A DNA stretch of 64,000 nt from an uncultured virus (IMG/VR IMGVR_UViG_3300040801_004110) (Duplodnaviria > Heunggongvirae > Uroviricota > Caudoviricetes): IMG/VR virus record IMGVR_UViG_3300040801_004110, one strand, 5' to 3'. The position numbers were made by a program, and so were the translations under genes. Shown here piece by piece: positions 19,500 through 29,639 of the stretch. The notes under the pieces are model-generated. The model ran no database searches and was not told the origin of the DNA. It saw nothing but the letters and a program-made list of their open reading frames with translations. Within the stretch, counting starts at the first letter, position 1; the number at the start of each line of letters is the position of its first letter.

Positions 19500-19896
19500 A
19501 AAAAACATTTTGATTTAATCCTGAATTAATCCTGAATTCCTTTTCTACATTTGTATAATTGATATGAGGATCAAGTGAATAAAAACGTGTACAGTTTAAT
19601 TTCAATGTTTCATTTAAAAATTGGAAAACAAAGTATTCTGCATCATAGTAAGACATGTCATAATCAGCCATTATTTTTTCATTTATATACTTTGAGAACG
19701 AAAGAAAATAATCGTTCACATTAAAAAGGCACTTATTATCTTTGAAGTAATAAACTATATTTGGATTATTTCTGTTATAAGGCACTAGGTCTGTTGTTAT
19801 AGTTTCCAAATAGCTGTTAAGTGTTTTATACTTATCCTTTAATCCACCAAAAGCGGATGATAGTTTCATTTCTCTTTTATAGTCTTTATAAGTCAT
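19489..19896 (-). CDS. N-terminal RxxKL-tag protein
   Basis: MTYKDYKREMKLSSAFG. Confidence 0.8.
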   Translation of the reverse strand: MTYKDYKREMKLSSAFGGLKDKYKTLNSYLETITTDLVPYNRNNPNIVYYFKDNKCLFNVNDYFLSFSKYINEKIMADYDMSYYDAEYFVFQFLNETLKLNCTRFYSLDPHINYTNVEKEFRINSGLNQNVFYDL

Positions 19897-20093
19897 AAAA
19901 AATTTTTACAAATATAATGAAAAGGAGGTTATTATGTTAAGATTTAATGTTATATTTGCATATAAATAATAAATGAAAATATGGAAGAATTAACAAAAGA
20001 AGAAATAAACCATTTAAGGGACTTAGTTTTATCAGATATGTTAAATAAAAATGATGTTATTAAAAACAGTTCTATTTTAAGAAAATTAGATAG

Positions 20094-20705
20094 CTATTCC
20101 TTAGAATCATAATATTTTTTGAATACTGGAATATTTAGTAAATAATTTAAGTCTACCCCCATGATATCTAACCCATCTTCGATCATATCTTTTGTTGTTA
20201 ACTGACCCATAAAGTTACCATCATCGTCATAGTTATCCTCATCATCCTTGTCATCACTACCAATGCCAAAAAAATTATCATAACTATCAAATAGGAAATC
20301 TTCATCACCTATAAATTCCCACCCAATTATATTAATAGTATCTAAATTATTTGTTGGGACAACAACTATATCAGACAGAAAAGCACCATCTAATATATCC
20401 TCTATAACATAATTTTGTTTATTTTCCTGTCCATGTTTTAAAACTTCTTTTGGACTACCGCTAATAGGCGACTTCTTTATATCTTTAACCTCAACCTTAC
20501 ATAGAAAGTATTCAGTGTAATACTCAGCATTATCCTTTTCGCTAGTAAAGAAAAAACCATCATATTTATTATTCATCGATACCAACCCACTGCCTATCAT
20601 ATTAGAATCAAAGCTCATAAATGGTATAGTGCTTCTAGTGCCATGGTATAAAACCATGCTATTGTTTATGTCTTCGAATAGTTTATAAGGTGTTATATGC
20701 TTCAT
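20094..20705 (-). CDS. CTS-like leader protein, ART-like
   Basis: MKHITPYKLFE; LYHGT, GFFFTS..NAEYY. Confidence 0.7.
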   Translation of the reverse strand: MKHITPYKLFEDINNSMVLYHGTRSTIPFMSFDSNMIGSGLVSMNNKYDGFFFTSEKDNAEYYTEYFLCKVEVKDIKKSPISGSPKEVLKHGQENKQNYVIEDILDGAFLSDIVVVPTNNLDTINIIGWEFIGDEDFLFDSYDNFFGIGSDDKDDEDNYDDDGNFMGQLTTKDMIEDGLDIMGVDLNYLLNIPVFKKYYDSKE

Positions 20706-20706
20706 C

Positions 20707-21237
20707 TTATTCTTCTAAATATTTTTCTATTTCATCTATCACATTATCATCTATTGGCAAATCATATAATCCTAAGCTTGGATTAGGACCATATTTATCA
20801 TTTATATGAATATTGTTCATATCCCATAACTCAATGTTATTGGAATGTTTTCCTTTGATAATTGCTATTTTTCTCAAATCATAACCAGATAGACTATCTG
20901 ATAAATCTAAATACTCTTCCCTCTGAACCTCTGTTAATTCATCTCCATTATCAATATCTTCTTGGTACTTACTAAACTTATAGATGTTTTCTTCTCTTTG
21001 GTCTGAGTATTTTAGCTTTCTTTGGATTACCATAACGATCTTAGGATTGTTTTCTTCATCCCATATATCATCGTTTGAGGGTGCTGAAATGCACCATTTA
21101 GAAAATGCACCATATTTACAACTTGCCTTGAAAGATAGCGGTGCTACCACTACGTAGTTTTCATCTCGGTAGATATCTATCTTTTCACCAGGTTTTACCT
21201 TGCCCTCGAATAGTTTATAAGGTGTTATATGCTTCAT
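20707..21237 (-). CDS. CTS-like leader protein
   Basis: MKHITPYKLFE (same 11 aa as neighbour); SCKYG..KWCIS; TATATA upstream. Confidence 0.75.
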   Translation of the reverse strand: MKHITPYKLFEGKVKPGEKIDIYRDENYVVVAPLSFKASCKYGAFSKWCISAPSNDDIWDEENNPKIVMVIQRKLKYSDQREENIYKFSKYQEDIDNGDELTEVQREEYLDLSDSLSGYDLRKIAIIKGKHSNNIELWDMNNIHINDKYGPNPSLGLYDLPIDDNVIDEIEKYLEE

Positions 21238-21253
21238 AAACTATATATAAAAA

Positions 21254-21559
21254 CTATAGTTTAGGATCTTGGTGAAAAGGTTTGTTTTTTGTCTTAGTAG
21301 TTTTCTTTTTTGGCTTCATATCATCAGGTAAGAATTCACCAAACTCACGAACCATATTAACCTTAGCAAGGATATGATATTTATGATTGATGTCAAAATT
21401 ACTGGCTAAAACATTCCAACTTACACCCTTTGTCATTCCTTTATTAACATTACTTACTTTCTCCCAATCCGTGATGCTTTCCTTTGCTCTTTGGAACATT
21501 TCTGAAAGTTCTTTGTTTGATATCTTCTCAGCTATCAATTTTGCATCTTTCTTATTCAT
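21254..21559 (-). CDS. Hypothetical protein
   Basis: Operonic ORF. Confidence 0.65.
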   Translation of the reverse strand: MNKKDAKLIAEKISNKELSEMFQRAKESITDWEKVSNVNKGMTKGVSWNVLASNFDINHKYHILAKVNMVREFGEFLPDDMKPKKKTTKTKNKPFHQDPKL

Positions 21560-21936
21560 TATTTTCCTTTTAAACTATCTAAAACCTTTAACTCATACTT
21601 ACTTAGCTCTGATGGGCTGAGGTATAGATCGTGAAGATGGTCATCATTTATTTGTTTCCTTAAACCAATAACACTCACCTCGAATAATTCATCAGCAGTC
21701 CATTTTGCCTGTACAATAGTTTGGTTAATATTCTCATAATCACCACCAGACATATGCTCACTTGCTGCTCGGATTGTTTCTGTTATCCATGTCCTGTATT
21801 CCACTTTTAAACTATCTGGAACATATTCCACTTTAGTTAGTGAATATTTAGGATATGTTTCTTTTTTTGTTTCACATGAGGTGAAAAGAAATAAAGAACA
21901 AATTGTAAATAAAGTAATTGTTATTATATTTTTCAT
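21559..21936 (-). CDS. Putative lipoprotein
   Basis: Signal peptide with lipobox FLFTS-C. Confidence 0.7.
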   Translation of the reverse strand: MKNIITITLFTICSLFLFTSCETKKETYPKYSLTKVEYVPDSLKVEYRTWITETIRAASEHMSGGDYENINQTIVQAKWTADELFEVSVIGLRKQINDDHLHDLYLSPSELSKYELKVLDSLKGK

Positions 21937-22008
21937 TTTTTTGTTATTTTAGACAAATATACAGATTTTATTAATTACACAAAAAGAAATAGATCATAAA
22001 GACTTACC

Positions 22009-22437
22009 TTAGTGCCAAATAATTTTATTTCTTATTCTATTATCATATATGTATTTTTTACTGAAATGAACATCATATTGTCTGTATTTAAAATCGCTCA
22101 AAACATAAATAGTGTCAAGTGTGGATGAAGTTCCCAGGTAATGATTAATTGTTTTGGATATAAATTCTATTGTTTCATCTTGTGAGCCAAGCCCAAATAG
22201 GGATAAAAATCTATTGATTATTCTCTGTGAAATATACAAAATAGAATTTTGTGTGTGGAACATATACGCTTCTTTAAAGTAAAATTTATAACCAGGGTAT
22301 TCATCTTCATCCTTAAAGAGATCAATGCTTTTAAAAAAGCTATCTACATAGTTATGAAATTCTAGATACTTACCCTCTAATGGTTTATCTAAAACCTGTG
22401 ATATTACAAGTTGTCTTTTGTAGCTTTTATAATCCAT
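22009..22437 (-). CDS. N-terminal RxxKL-tag protein
   Basis: MDYKSYKRQLVISQVLDKPLEG. Confidence 0.8.
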   Translation of the reverse strand: MDYKSYKRQLVISQVLDKPLEGKYLEFHNYVDSFFKSIDLFKDEDEYPGYKFYFKEAYMFHTQNSILYISQRIINRFLSLFGLGSQDETIEFISKTINHYLGTSSTLDTIYVLSDFKYRQYDVHFSKKYIYDNRIRNKIIWH

Positions 22438-22483
22438 TATTTGTTTTTTATAATATATGCAAATATAGCTAAAATATTATAAT

Positions 22484-22867
22484 CTAGTCCTTTTTAATGA
22501 AATAATCACTCAGTATATTTTCGTCCCAAGGCAATGATAACTTATCAACACATACTTTAAGTGTATCATTTACCATATCTATACAAAACTCATCCAAATC
22601 ATTACTAGTAAAAGAAAAATCATGATATAACACACTATCCAAAGTTTCACCCACCATTAAGCTTTTTTCAGTTTTATTTATGATATACACAAGATGATGA
22701 CCTTTAAAATAGAACAAAGTATTAGGATAGCGATACTCATCAGTATATAATTTAATACCCGATGTTAATTCATTCAAAACATTATTAAGCTCTAAAAATT
22801 CACCATTGAGTTCTTTATCTAGAACAGAGGATAGCCTAACTTGTCTTTTATAGTTTCTATATTTCAT
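22484..22867 (-). CDS. N-terminal RxxKL-tag protein
   Basis: MKYRNYKRQVRLSSVLD. Confidence 0.8.
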   Translation of the reverse strand: MKYRNYKRQVRLSSVLDKELNGEFLELNNVLNELTSGIKLYTDEYRYPNTLFYFKGHHLVYIINKTEKSLMVGETLDSVLYHDFSFTSNDLDEFCIDMVNDTLKVCVDKLSLPWDENILSDYFIKKD

Positions 22868-23238
22868 TCTTGTATAGGTTGATAATAGTTAATATTAGAA
22901 GATATGTAAGTGTTTTTATAACTATAATAGCTGCCTATGTATTTGTTGAATAGGTATATCACTAACTTTTTTATATCTTCATGTTTCATTAAGAAATCAA
23001 ATTTTAGTATTTGATATATTTCTTGTTCTGACATAATAAGGTATTCATTAACAGTTTTAAATAAACATTTTTTCCCTATGAAGTAAACGGTTTCTAACCC
23101 ATTGGATTTAATTTTTAAATTATCTAGACCTAGACTATCTATAAACCCTTGTAAAAGTGAATACTTAGAATCTACATCATCCCCCAGAATACTTTCTAGA
23201 TTAACATACCTTTTATATCCTATGTAATCTAAGTCCAT
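22864..23238 (-). CDS. N-terminal RxxKL-tag protein
   Basis: DYIGYKRYVNLESILG. Confidence 0.75.
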   Translation of the reverse strand: MDLDYIGYKRYVNLESILGDDVDSKYSLLQGFIDSLGLDNLKIKSNGLETVYFIGKKCLFKTVNEYLIMSEQEIYQILKFDFLMKHEDIKKLVIYLFNKYIGSYYSYKNTYISSNINYYQPIQE

Positions 23239-23241
23239 AAT

Positions 23242-23568
23242 TTATTTATATGATAATAATTCGATTGAATAGTTGACCAGGTATGATGTTCCAAATATAT
23301 CATTCATAAATTCAGTTATAAAAATCTTAGATTCTGTGAAACCCATATCAAATTTATCTGCTAAAGTGTCTGTTATTTTTGAATTTATAGTTATCGTACT
23401 ACCGTCTGGATAAAATAAACATTTACCTCTTTTCATATATCCCTCTGGTGTTTTCTCAATATCAGAAAACCTGTTTAAATACTTTTGCATCTTAAGGTAT
23501 TTCTCTGGTAATACTTTATTGAATGCCGATGAATTTTTTATATTCCTTTTATACTCTTTATATGTCAT
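23242..23568 (-). CDS. N-terminal RxxKL-tag protein
   Basis: MTYKEYKRNIKNSSAF. Confidence 0.75.
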   Translation of the reverse strand: MTYKEYKRNIKNSSAFNKVLPEKYLKMQKYLNRFSDIEKTPEGYMKRGKCLFYPDGSTITINSKITDTLADKFDMGFTESKIFITEFMNDIFGTSYLVNYSIELLSYK

Positions 23569-23819
23569 AGTATATCTTTTAACTTCTTAGACCTCATCTT
23601 TTTTTTATACTCATCTTCTGAGTATTCAATGCCATCTAAGTACCAAGACTTAAGCCCACTGGATAATATAACAGCAGGACCATCCTCACGGTGTAACTTA
23701 CTATCTATAAACCAAAGTTTATCACCATTTTTATATTCAACAGCTGGTAAATTATTTTCCCTATGAAGCAAACTTTTATCATTAAACCACATATCTGTAT
23801 CCCCGAACTTTGTTTCCAT
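23565..23819 (-). CDS. LHREDGPA-repeat protein with C-terminal RxxKL tag
   Basis: Ends YKKKMRSKKLKDIL. Confidence 0.85.
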   Translation of the reverse strand: METKFGDTDMWFNDKSLLHRENNLPAVEYKNGDKLWFIDSKLHREDGPAVILSSGLKSWYLDGIEYSEDEYKKKMRSKKLKDIL

Positions 23820-23821
23820 AT

Positions 23822-24088
23822 TTATTCGTATCCCTCTAAGTCTGATTCTATTTCTTTCAAATCAGCACTGATATCAGCCAAGTTGTGAAACCAACTACAC
23901 CATATAAGAACTGTGTAACTTCCTTCCCAACCCTCGTGGTTTGAATGACATTCAACAATATTTACCTCAAAGTTAAGAAGTCCATATTTCAATATAGATC
24001 CCACAACTCTATTTAAATATACTCTATTCTTACATGTTATCTCTAATTCCCATCCTTGAGATTTAGAATTTTCGTCTGTGTTTATCAT
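23822..24088 (-). CDS. Hypothetical protein
   Basis: Operonic ORF. Confidence 0.6.
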   Translation of the reverse strand: MINTDENSKSQGWELEITCKNRVYLNRVVGSILKYGLLNFEVNIVECHSNHEGWEGSYTVLIWCSWFHNLADISADLKEIESDLEGYE

Positions 24089-24546
24089 TGTTTTTTATTT
24101 TATAATAAAATCCCTAAGATAAAACCGAACACGAATCCAAGAAAAAGAAACTTAAGCATTTCTTTCTTCCACTTAGCGTGTTCTTTATTTACTTCTTTTC
24201 TGCCTTTCTCGCTTAATAAATCTTCAATTTCCATATTTTTAATTATTTTTCTTTGTTAATAAACACGCTCTCATCTATTATCTGAGAGCTATTTTCACTA
24301 CGCACATCGATACTTTTTTCCCAATCGAACCTTATCCCCAGTTCTAACCTATTAGTCATCCTGTGTACAAAGCATTCCATTCTTCTTGGGTTAGTTTGTC
24401 ATTGAAAAGGTCAACAATTTCGCCTTCTCTTCCGATATCATCCATGTTATTGTTTTTGCAAATATAGTCAAAATTAATTAAACCACATCCATTATATCCA
24501 CAATTATAAGATTGTTCTGTGATAGTTGAGGTTTTATATTATACAT

Positions 24547-24798
24547 TTAAACGAAGCATGCTAGATGGGTTCTATCTTCGACCATCCAGTTTAACCTTCG
24601 AAGCTCTTTAACATCTTCTTCGGTTATTCCGTTTTCAATTAATACATCTATATCTTCAGACCATATAACATCATGCCCTGCACCTTGTATTAAATTATCT
24701 GTGTATTTCTTTATAATAGTGAGTCCTTGGTAGGCATTATCACCTTCCCATTTACCACTATCACCTTCCATTATTTCGATAAGTCTTTCTTCTGTCAT
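24547..24798 (-). CDS. Hypothetical protein
   Basis: Operonic ORF. Confidence 0.65.
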   Translation of the reverse strand: MTEERLIEIMEGDSGKWEGDNAYQGLTIIKKYTDNLIQGAGHDVIWSEDIDVLIENGITEEDVKELRRLNWMVEDRTHLACFV

Positions 24799-25004
24799 AA
24801 TTTGTAAAATCTTTTATGAAGGATTCTTTCACCCTCTGGTTTTGATATTTCTAATTGATATATTTCCCGAAGCATCCCATTAGTTATTTTAAGTGTACGG
24901 GTTTTGAGCCTGTAATGAACTCGGATCTTTTCACGTTCACTATAAGTTAAGGTTTCCATAAACCATTGTCCATAAGCATTAATTCCTATAGTAGTATTTT
25001 CCAT
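24795..25004 (-). CDS. Hypothetical protein
   Basis: ATGA overlap with downstream gene. Confidence 0.6.
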   Translation of the reverse strand: MENTTIGINAYGQWFMETLTYSEREKIRVHYRLKTRTLKITNGMLREIYQLEISKPEGERILHKRFYKL

Positions 25005-25015
25005 TGTTTTATTTT

Positions 25016-25774
25016 TTAAGCAGACTCATCTGCATATACTTCTTTTAATGTTCTATAAACACTATATCCATCTATAGATCCCATATTAACCTCTACATTT
25101 TCTACCTCAGCTTTGCAGTATTCAAGTGATTCTGATAAATCCAAACCTGTCCCAAGAATACTTGTTATGTATTTTCTTTTTTCCTCAGTATTATCGAATC
25201 TATACTTATCATCTTCGATTATTTCATAGTTGTTTTTCATAAGAGTTTTATCCTCTATATCAACTGTATCAATAGTTACCTTTAGAGCTTTATTACTATC
25301 CATTAAAAACATCTCGTGTGGCATTTTATTATAAAGCTCACCTGAGAAATTAAATGTACATAACTTATCGTTTACTAAAGCAAAACATAAATGCTTATAC
25401 ATCCACTCACATTTAAACCTATTGAACCAAATCTTATAAGATAATATACTTTTATTAACATCTTTAGGATTTAGAAGTGGTCTAATTGTAAAAGACTTTC
25501 CTTTATCCTTTGCACTTAGTTTAAATACATCTATTGTTTCTTCCTTACCCAAATACTCATTCCATTCTTTGGTAACCTCAGCATCTTCTTTAACATTCAC
25601 ATAAATCCTATTACCCCTCTTTGATAGGAAGCCTGGTAAGCCTTTGTTTGTTTTAATTTGATCTAATAAAGCTTTAATATCCTCTGTCATTATATCACAA
25701 CCTTTATCATTCCCATAAGAGGACATTGGATAACCTAGTCTTAATCTTTCTTCTATTTCTTTTATTTTTGACAT
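25016..25774 (-). CDS. Hypothetical protein
   Basis: 252-aa ORF. Confidence 0.7.
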   Translation of the reverse strand: MSKIKEIEERLRLGYPMSSYGNDKGCDIMTEDIKALLDQIKTNKGLPGFLSKRGNRIYVNVKEDAEVTKEWNEYLGKEETIDVFKLSAKDKGKSFTIRPLLNPKDVNKSILSYKIWFNRFKCEWMYKHLCFALVNDKLCTFNFSGELYNKMPHEMFLMDSNKALKVTIDTVDIEDKTLMKNNYEIIEDDKYRFDNTEEKRKYITSILGTGLDLSESLEYCKAEVENVEVNMGSIDGYSVYRTLKEVYADESA

Positions 25775-25922
25775 AATATTTTTTTGACTTTCATTAATCT
25801 AATCTTTATTTTATATTCTTCTTTGGAATACCTTTCACCATTTAACCAAAACTGACCATCTATAAGACCATATTTATTATTACTATTTGTCCAACGAGTA
25901 TAATTATTTTCTTAGATTTCAT
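25762..25922 (-). pseudogene. Decayed LHREDGPA-family gene
   Basis: MKSKKII start (as 14696..15049), frameshift, then FWLNGERYSKEEYKIKIRLMKVKKIL. Confidence 0.6.
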
Positions 25923-25984
25923 AGTATTTCCTAGTTTGTATTAAGATTTAAATCTTCACTAATTTCAATATCGAAATTATCATT

Positions 25985-26506
25985 CTACGCACCAATTTCG
26001 TGTATTGTATATTTTTCAAATTTTGTGCTTCCTAACCCATCAATGTTTTCTGCATTGTCCATCATCATATAATCCTCTATTTCGGCATAATTATCGAAAG
26101 TTACATCTAATAGCTTATCACATTTTCTTACCCCGAAATCCCCATCCACGCAAAATTGTTTGTATTTCTCAAATGTACCGTGAATTTTCTCATTATATTC
26201 CATTCTATTTTCCCCATTAACAATAACAGCGTAAAATTTATTTGGAGTAGTTACAATTTTTTGTTCATCCAAACACTTTAAAACATAGTCCAATAATTTA
26301 GGATTACCTTTTAAGTTTTGTAGTGCATCCAAAACTTTCTCACAATCTATTGTTTCATCATAACCAAAAAATTGTTCTTTGTAAATCCCATCCTTTAATT
26401 CATCGATTTCACCTACGCATAAAGGTTTAAAAATACCACTGTTAGCATCGGCTATATTTAGTGCTGACTTTTCTGCTTCATTCAAGTTTTCGTTATCTTT
26501 ATTCAT
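25985..26506 (-). CDS. Hypothetical protein whose N-terminus is encoded by a hairpin arm
   Basis: SALNIAD encoded in inverted repeat arm 26448-26467. Confidence 0.65.
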   Translation of the reverse strand: MNKDNENLNEAEKSALNIADANSGIFKPLCVGEIDELKDGIYKEQFFGYDETIDCEKVLDALQNLKGNPKLLDYVLKCLDEQKIVTTPNKFYAVIVNGENRMEYNEKIHGTFEKYKQFCVDGDFGVRKCDKLLDVTFDNYAEIEDYMMMDNAENIDGLGSTKFEKYTIHEIGA

Positions 26507-26559
26507 TTTATCTGTTATTTTAAGTTAATACTATTTAATTCGGCACTAAATATAGTCGA
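26448..26559. repeat. 20-bp inverted repeat enclosing a start codon
   Basis: TCGGCTATATTTAGTGCTGA ... TCGGCACTAAATATAGTCGA. Confidence 0.8.
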
Positions 26560-26756
26560 GAACCGATCCAAAGCTTACTACCGCCATGGTGACCATTTTT
26601 CTTGTACACATGAATGTTTTTGTCTATAAATTGATATTGATTCATTATTAACCATACCTATTTTTAATTCATAACAAATATAAAACATGGATGTGTATTA
26701 AACATTAAAAAAAAGTTTTTAACATTTTTATCTTATATAACCAATTAATTAAAGCT

Positions 26757-27137
26757 TCACTTTATTAGTTTTCTTGGTTCATATTTTTCCTTACTCTCCA
26801 TCTTAATTACACCATATAATACAGATATGAATAGGTTATTTCTAATTTCAAATTTACTTACACCAGTTATATGCTTTAAAACAATATGAATAATGCATAG
26901 GTTATATCCACTTTCAAAGAGAACACATAAATCAATCATTTCCTTTGAATAAACAATGTTAAACAAAGGAATCCCATTGTGTGTGAAGTAAGTATCATAA
27001 CTACCAGATGGTATCTCCATATAAAGATTATCTAATATTTCTTTAGATCTGTTATAGATATCCAAAGCTTCACCAGTTAATGGACTATTAGTTATCCTAG
27101 ATATTTTAAGCAGTCTTGAATACTCTTTATATTCCAT
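26757..27137 (-). CDS. N-terminal RxxKL-tag protein
   Basis: MEYKEYSRLLKISRIT. Confidence 0.75.
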   Translation of the reverse strand: MEYKEYSRLLKISRITNSPLTGEALDIYNRSKEILDNLYMEIPSGSYDTYFTHNGIPLFNIVYSKEMIDLCVLFESGYNLCIIHIVLKHITGVSKFEIRNNLFISVLYGVIKMESKEKYEPRKLIK

Positions 27138-27139
27138 AT

Positions 27140-27409
27140 TTAATCTAATAAGTCATTAATACTATTTAACTTTTTTAACCTCATCTCCCTAAACCATTCT
27201 TTTATGTCTATGTCTTTGATATAAACATTTTTACGACTTACTATAAAATGGCTCTGATCCATAGGTTGATAATATTCACAGACAACGACATGATATTCAT
27301 AACCATCAGATAATTCTGTATAAATATCTGATATTTCAAAATTATCAGTAAATCTATCCATAGTTTTTTTATATATTAGATACTTATATGCCTTATCTTT
27401 ATCAATCAT
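27140..27409 (-). CDS. C-terminal RxxKL-tag protein (AYKYL paralog family)
   Basis: Ends MRLKKLNSINDLLD. Confidence 0.75.
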   Translation of the reverse strand: MIDKDKAYKYLIYKKTMDRFTDNFEISDIYTELSDGYEYHVVVCEYYQPMDQSHFIVSRKNVYIKDIDIKEWFREMRLKKLNSINDLLD

Positions 27410-27653
27410 AACTAATCTTATTTAACTTTTTGGCTCTATCCCACTTTCTGTATTCACTAACCTCTATGTGAAATTCGCTTTTATTGTTTATATGACTTAA
27501 TTTTTTTGTTTTATAGGTAACCTCAATAATAATATAACCAATTATATCTGTGTCTAAATGTGAGATGTAAAAGGTAGTTTCTTTATTCTCGACAAGTTTT
27601 CCTGTTTCTATCAAGTAATTATATACCTTATCCTTTGTTATTTTACTACTCAT
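27402..27653 (-). CDS. C-terminal RxxKL-tag protein (AYKYL family)
   Basis: Ends YRKWDRAKKLNKI. Confidence 0.75.
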   Translation of the reverse strand: MSSKITKDKVYNYLIETGKLVENKETTFYISHLDTDIIGYIIIEVTYKTKKLSHINNKSEFHIEVSEYRKWDRAKKLNKISYD

Positions 27654-27931
27654 AATACCTCATTTAACTTTCTTAACCTCATATCCCTCACCCATCGTTT
27701 ATAATCAATATCTCTAATATAGATATTTTTATATTGTAATACATACGGATAATCTTCAATCGTATACGGATAATCTTCAATCATATACCCACAATTAACA
27801 ATAGCATGTGTATTAACACCATTTTTAGGTGGGTTTATATGAAATCCTGATATAAAAAAGTCATCAGTGTATTCATTCAATGCCCCTGTGTCTTTAAGAT
27901 ACTTATATGCTGTCTCTTTTGTAATTGTCAT
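27650..27931 (-). CDS. C-terminal RxxKL-tag protein (AYKYL family)
   Basis: Ends MRLRKLNEVL; internal IEDYPY duplication. Confidence 0.75.
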   Translation of the reverse strand: MTITKETAYKYLKDTGALNEYTDDFFISGFHINPPKNGVNTHAIVNCGYMIEDYPYTIEDYPYVLQYKNIYIRDIDYKRWVRDMRLRKLNEVL

Positions 27932-28281
27932 TGCCTTTTTTTAGAAAACCTTTTTAGGTGGTGGATAACAACAGTATCATACTTCTGTTTCCCACTTACT
28001 TTATTCTTGTCTAAGTATTTAGAGTTTTTAAGAAAACTAAAGTCAAACTCTATATCATAGTCATGAAATTTAAAAACAGTATCTGTGACTTCTACATCAC
28101 CAAGGATTCTATGATCTATCCTAGCATGGTGTCCAAACTTTCCCTCACTCATATATCCATCACCTAGTTCTGTAAACTTATCATCATCTCTAATAATAAA
28201 GAACCTGTTACCAGACCACGCAAATGAGAAAGGTTTACAATAGGCGAATATTTTATTATTACTTATAACTTGTTCTGTCAT
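27928..28281 (-). CDS. Hypothetical protein
   Basis: Operonic ORF. Confidence 0.65.
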   Translation of the reverse strand: MTEQVISNNKIFAYCKPFSFAWSGNRFFIIRDDDKFTELGDGYMSEGKFGHHARIDHRILGDVEVTDTVFKFHDYDIEFDFSFLKNSKYLDKNKVSGKQKYDTVVIHHLKRFSKKRQ

Positions 28282-28286
28282 ATCAT

Positions 28287-28514
28287 TTACTTTAATCGGT
28301 TCTTAAATTTGCCCCTTTGCATTTCCCAAGCTTTGTTGATCTTATGGATGCCAAGTTGCCTGTTAAGTCTAGTTGTAGTTTTGTTTATAAGATTGGTTGG
28401 TCTATAAGTCCAAATTTCAAAAGGATTAATTTCAGGTGCAAGTTCTTGAACCATATCTTGAATAGCCAAAAGCATAACACCCTTTTCATACGTTTCTTCT
28501 TTTTTAGTTTCCAT
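28287..28514 (-). CDS. Hypothetical protein
   Basis: TATCTTTG promoter upstream. Confidence 0.65.
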   Translation of the reverse strand: METKKEETYEKGVMLLAIQDMVQELAPEINPFEIWTYRPTNLINKTTTRLNRQLGIHKINKAWEMQRGKFKNRLK

Positions 28515-28618
28515 TGTTTAGTTTTTTTAGTTTATACAAAGATATAACGAAGAAGTGTACTAACCAAATTTATTTTTTAAGGTAACTATTATAGCCTATA
28601 TTAACTTTATTTTATACC

Positions 28619-28810
28619 TTACTTATATTTCGAAATATCAAAGTTAAGATCAGGATACTTATTTGAAAGGCGTTTTACCTTATTCTTCGCCACATCTTTC
28701 TTGGCAAACTTTAAAGCATTTTCTTTCACTGGTGTTATATCTGGTGAGCCACCATTAAAAGACCTAAGCCATCCTTTTTTATTATCGTATTCTATTTTTA
28801 TTAAGTGCAT
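28619..28810 (-). CDS. Hypothetical protein
   Basis: Operonic ORF. Confidence 0.6.
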   Translation of the reverse strand: MHLIKIEYDNKKGWLRSFNGGSPDITPVKENALKFAKKDVAKNKVKRLSNKYPDLNFDISKYK

Positions 28811-28815
28811 AATTT

Positions 28816-29082
28816 CTAATCGTTATTTACAATTACTGCCAGAAAGGTTTCGTTGTCATATTCAAAATTCTTTTCATAAGCACCATAATGACCAATCTGT
28901 TCTTCATTATATAACCTTTCCAATTCTACTTCACCCTCTACACTAAGTGGTAATACATAAAGACTTGGATAGTTAAGGCAATCCATTTCTTCTTTATATC
29001 TGCGCATCGCATATTCCTTTATTCCGATAGGAAGGAATTCTTCTTTAGTTGGTGTGTATTTTTCTAAGGCTAGTAAATCCAT
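28816..29082 (-). CDS. Hypothetical protein
   Basis: Operonic ORF. Confidence 0.6.
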   Translation of the reverse strand: MDLLALEKYTPTKEEFLPIGIKEYAMRRYKEEMDCLNYPSLYVLPLSVEGEVELERLYNEEQIGHYGAYEKNFEYDNETFLAVIVNND

Positions 29083-29092
29083 TAATAATTAT

Positions 29093-29350
29093 TTAAGTTA
29101 TATCTTTGCAATATTCCCACTGTAAGACTCTTTGTCCATTTTTAAAGGTTCTACTCCCTTCATAAGCACACCAACCCTTATCGTAATAAACTACTTCCCA
29201 ATAGGTGCTTTTCCCAAGTGAGGTTATATCTTCTATCTTGGCTATCACTGGCTCTAATTCCTCTGGTGTAGGTACATCTGAGACATCGACATCTAAATCA
29301 CTCTCACTAGAAGTTGATATAAAATCTTTTATTCTTTTTAATTTTTTCAT
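29093..29350 (-). CDS. Hypothetical protein
   Basis: Operonic ORF. Confidence 0.6.
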   Translation of the reverse strand: MKKLKRIKDFISTSSESDLDVDVSDVPTPEELEPVIAKIEDITSLGKSTYWEVVYYDKGWCAYEGSRTFKNGQRVLQWEYCKDIT

Positions 29351-29362
29351 AAGTTTATCTAT

Positions 29363-29575
29363 TTAATCTCTCCAATGTCTTTCCCAACTGACAGTTACAC
29401 TATCAGCTAATTGGTGCGAACTACCTATCACTCTATAACCTTGACTCTCTAAGTAATTTCTATCTACCAGTTCCTTTGGGATCTCTACTCTAGTTTTTCC
29501 TTGCGATGCTGCTCGGGCTATGTAATCCACTGCACGATTAGCCTTTGTCATATTTCTTGCATCTTCTGCTCTCAT
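29363..29575 (-). CDS. Hypothetical protein
   Basis: TATATTTG promoter upstream. Confidence 0.65.
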   Translation of the reverse strand: MRAEDARNMTKANRAVDYIARAASQGKTRVEIPKELVDRNYLESQGYRVIGSSHQLADSVTVSWERHWRD

Positions 29576-29639
29576 AATACTTTGATTAAATTAATATTGC
29601 AAATATAGACATTTATAATCAAATAAAATAATATTTATG

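Noticed and set aside
25016..25774. T4 gp32-like single-stranded DNA-binding protein
   Set aside because: Only a faint resemblance (FTIRPL); too weak to call without a profile search.
29093..29350. Additional CTS-like leader member (MKKLKRIKDF)
   Set aside because: No hydrophobic-x-E end to the leader, no TATATA motif, and it lies in a TAnnTTTG operon.
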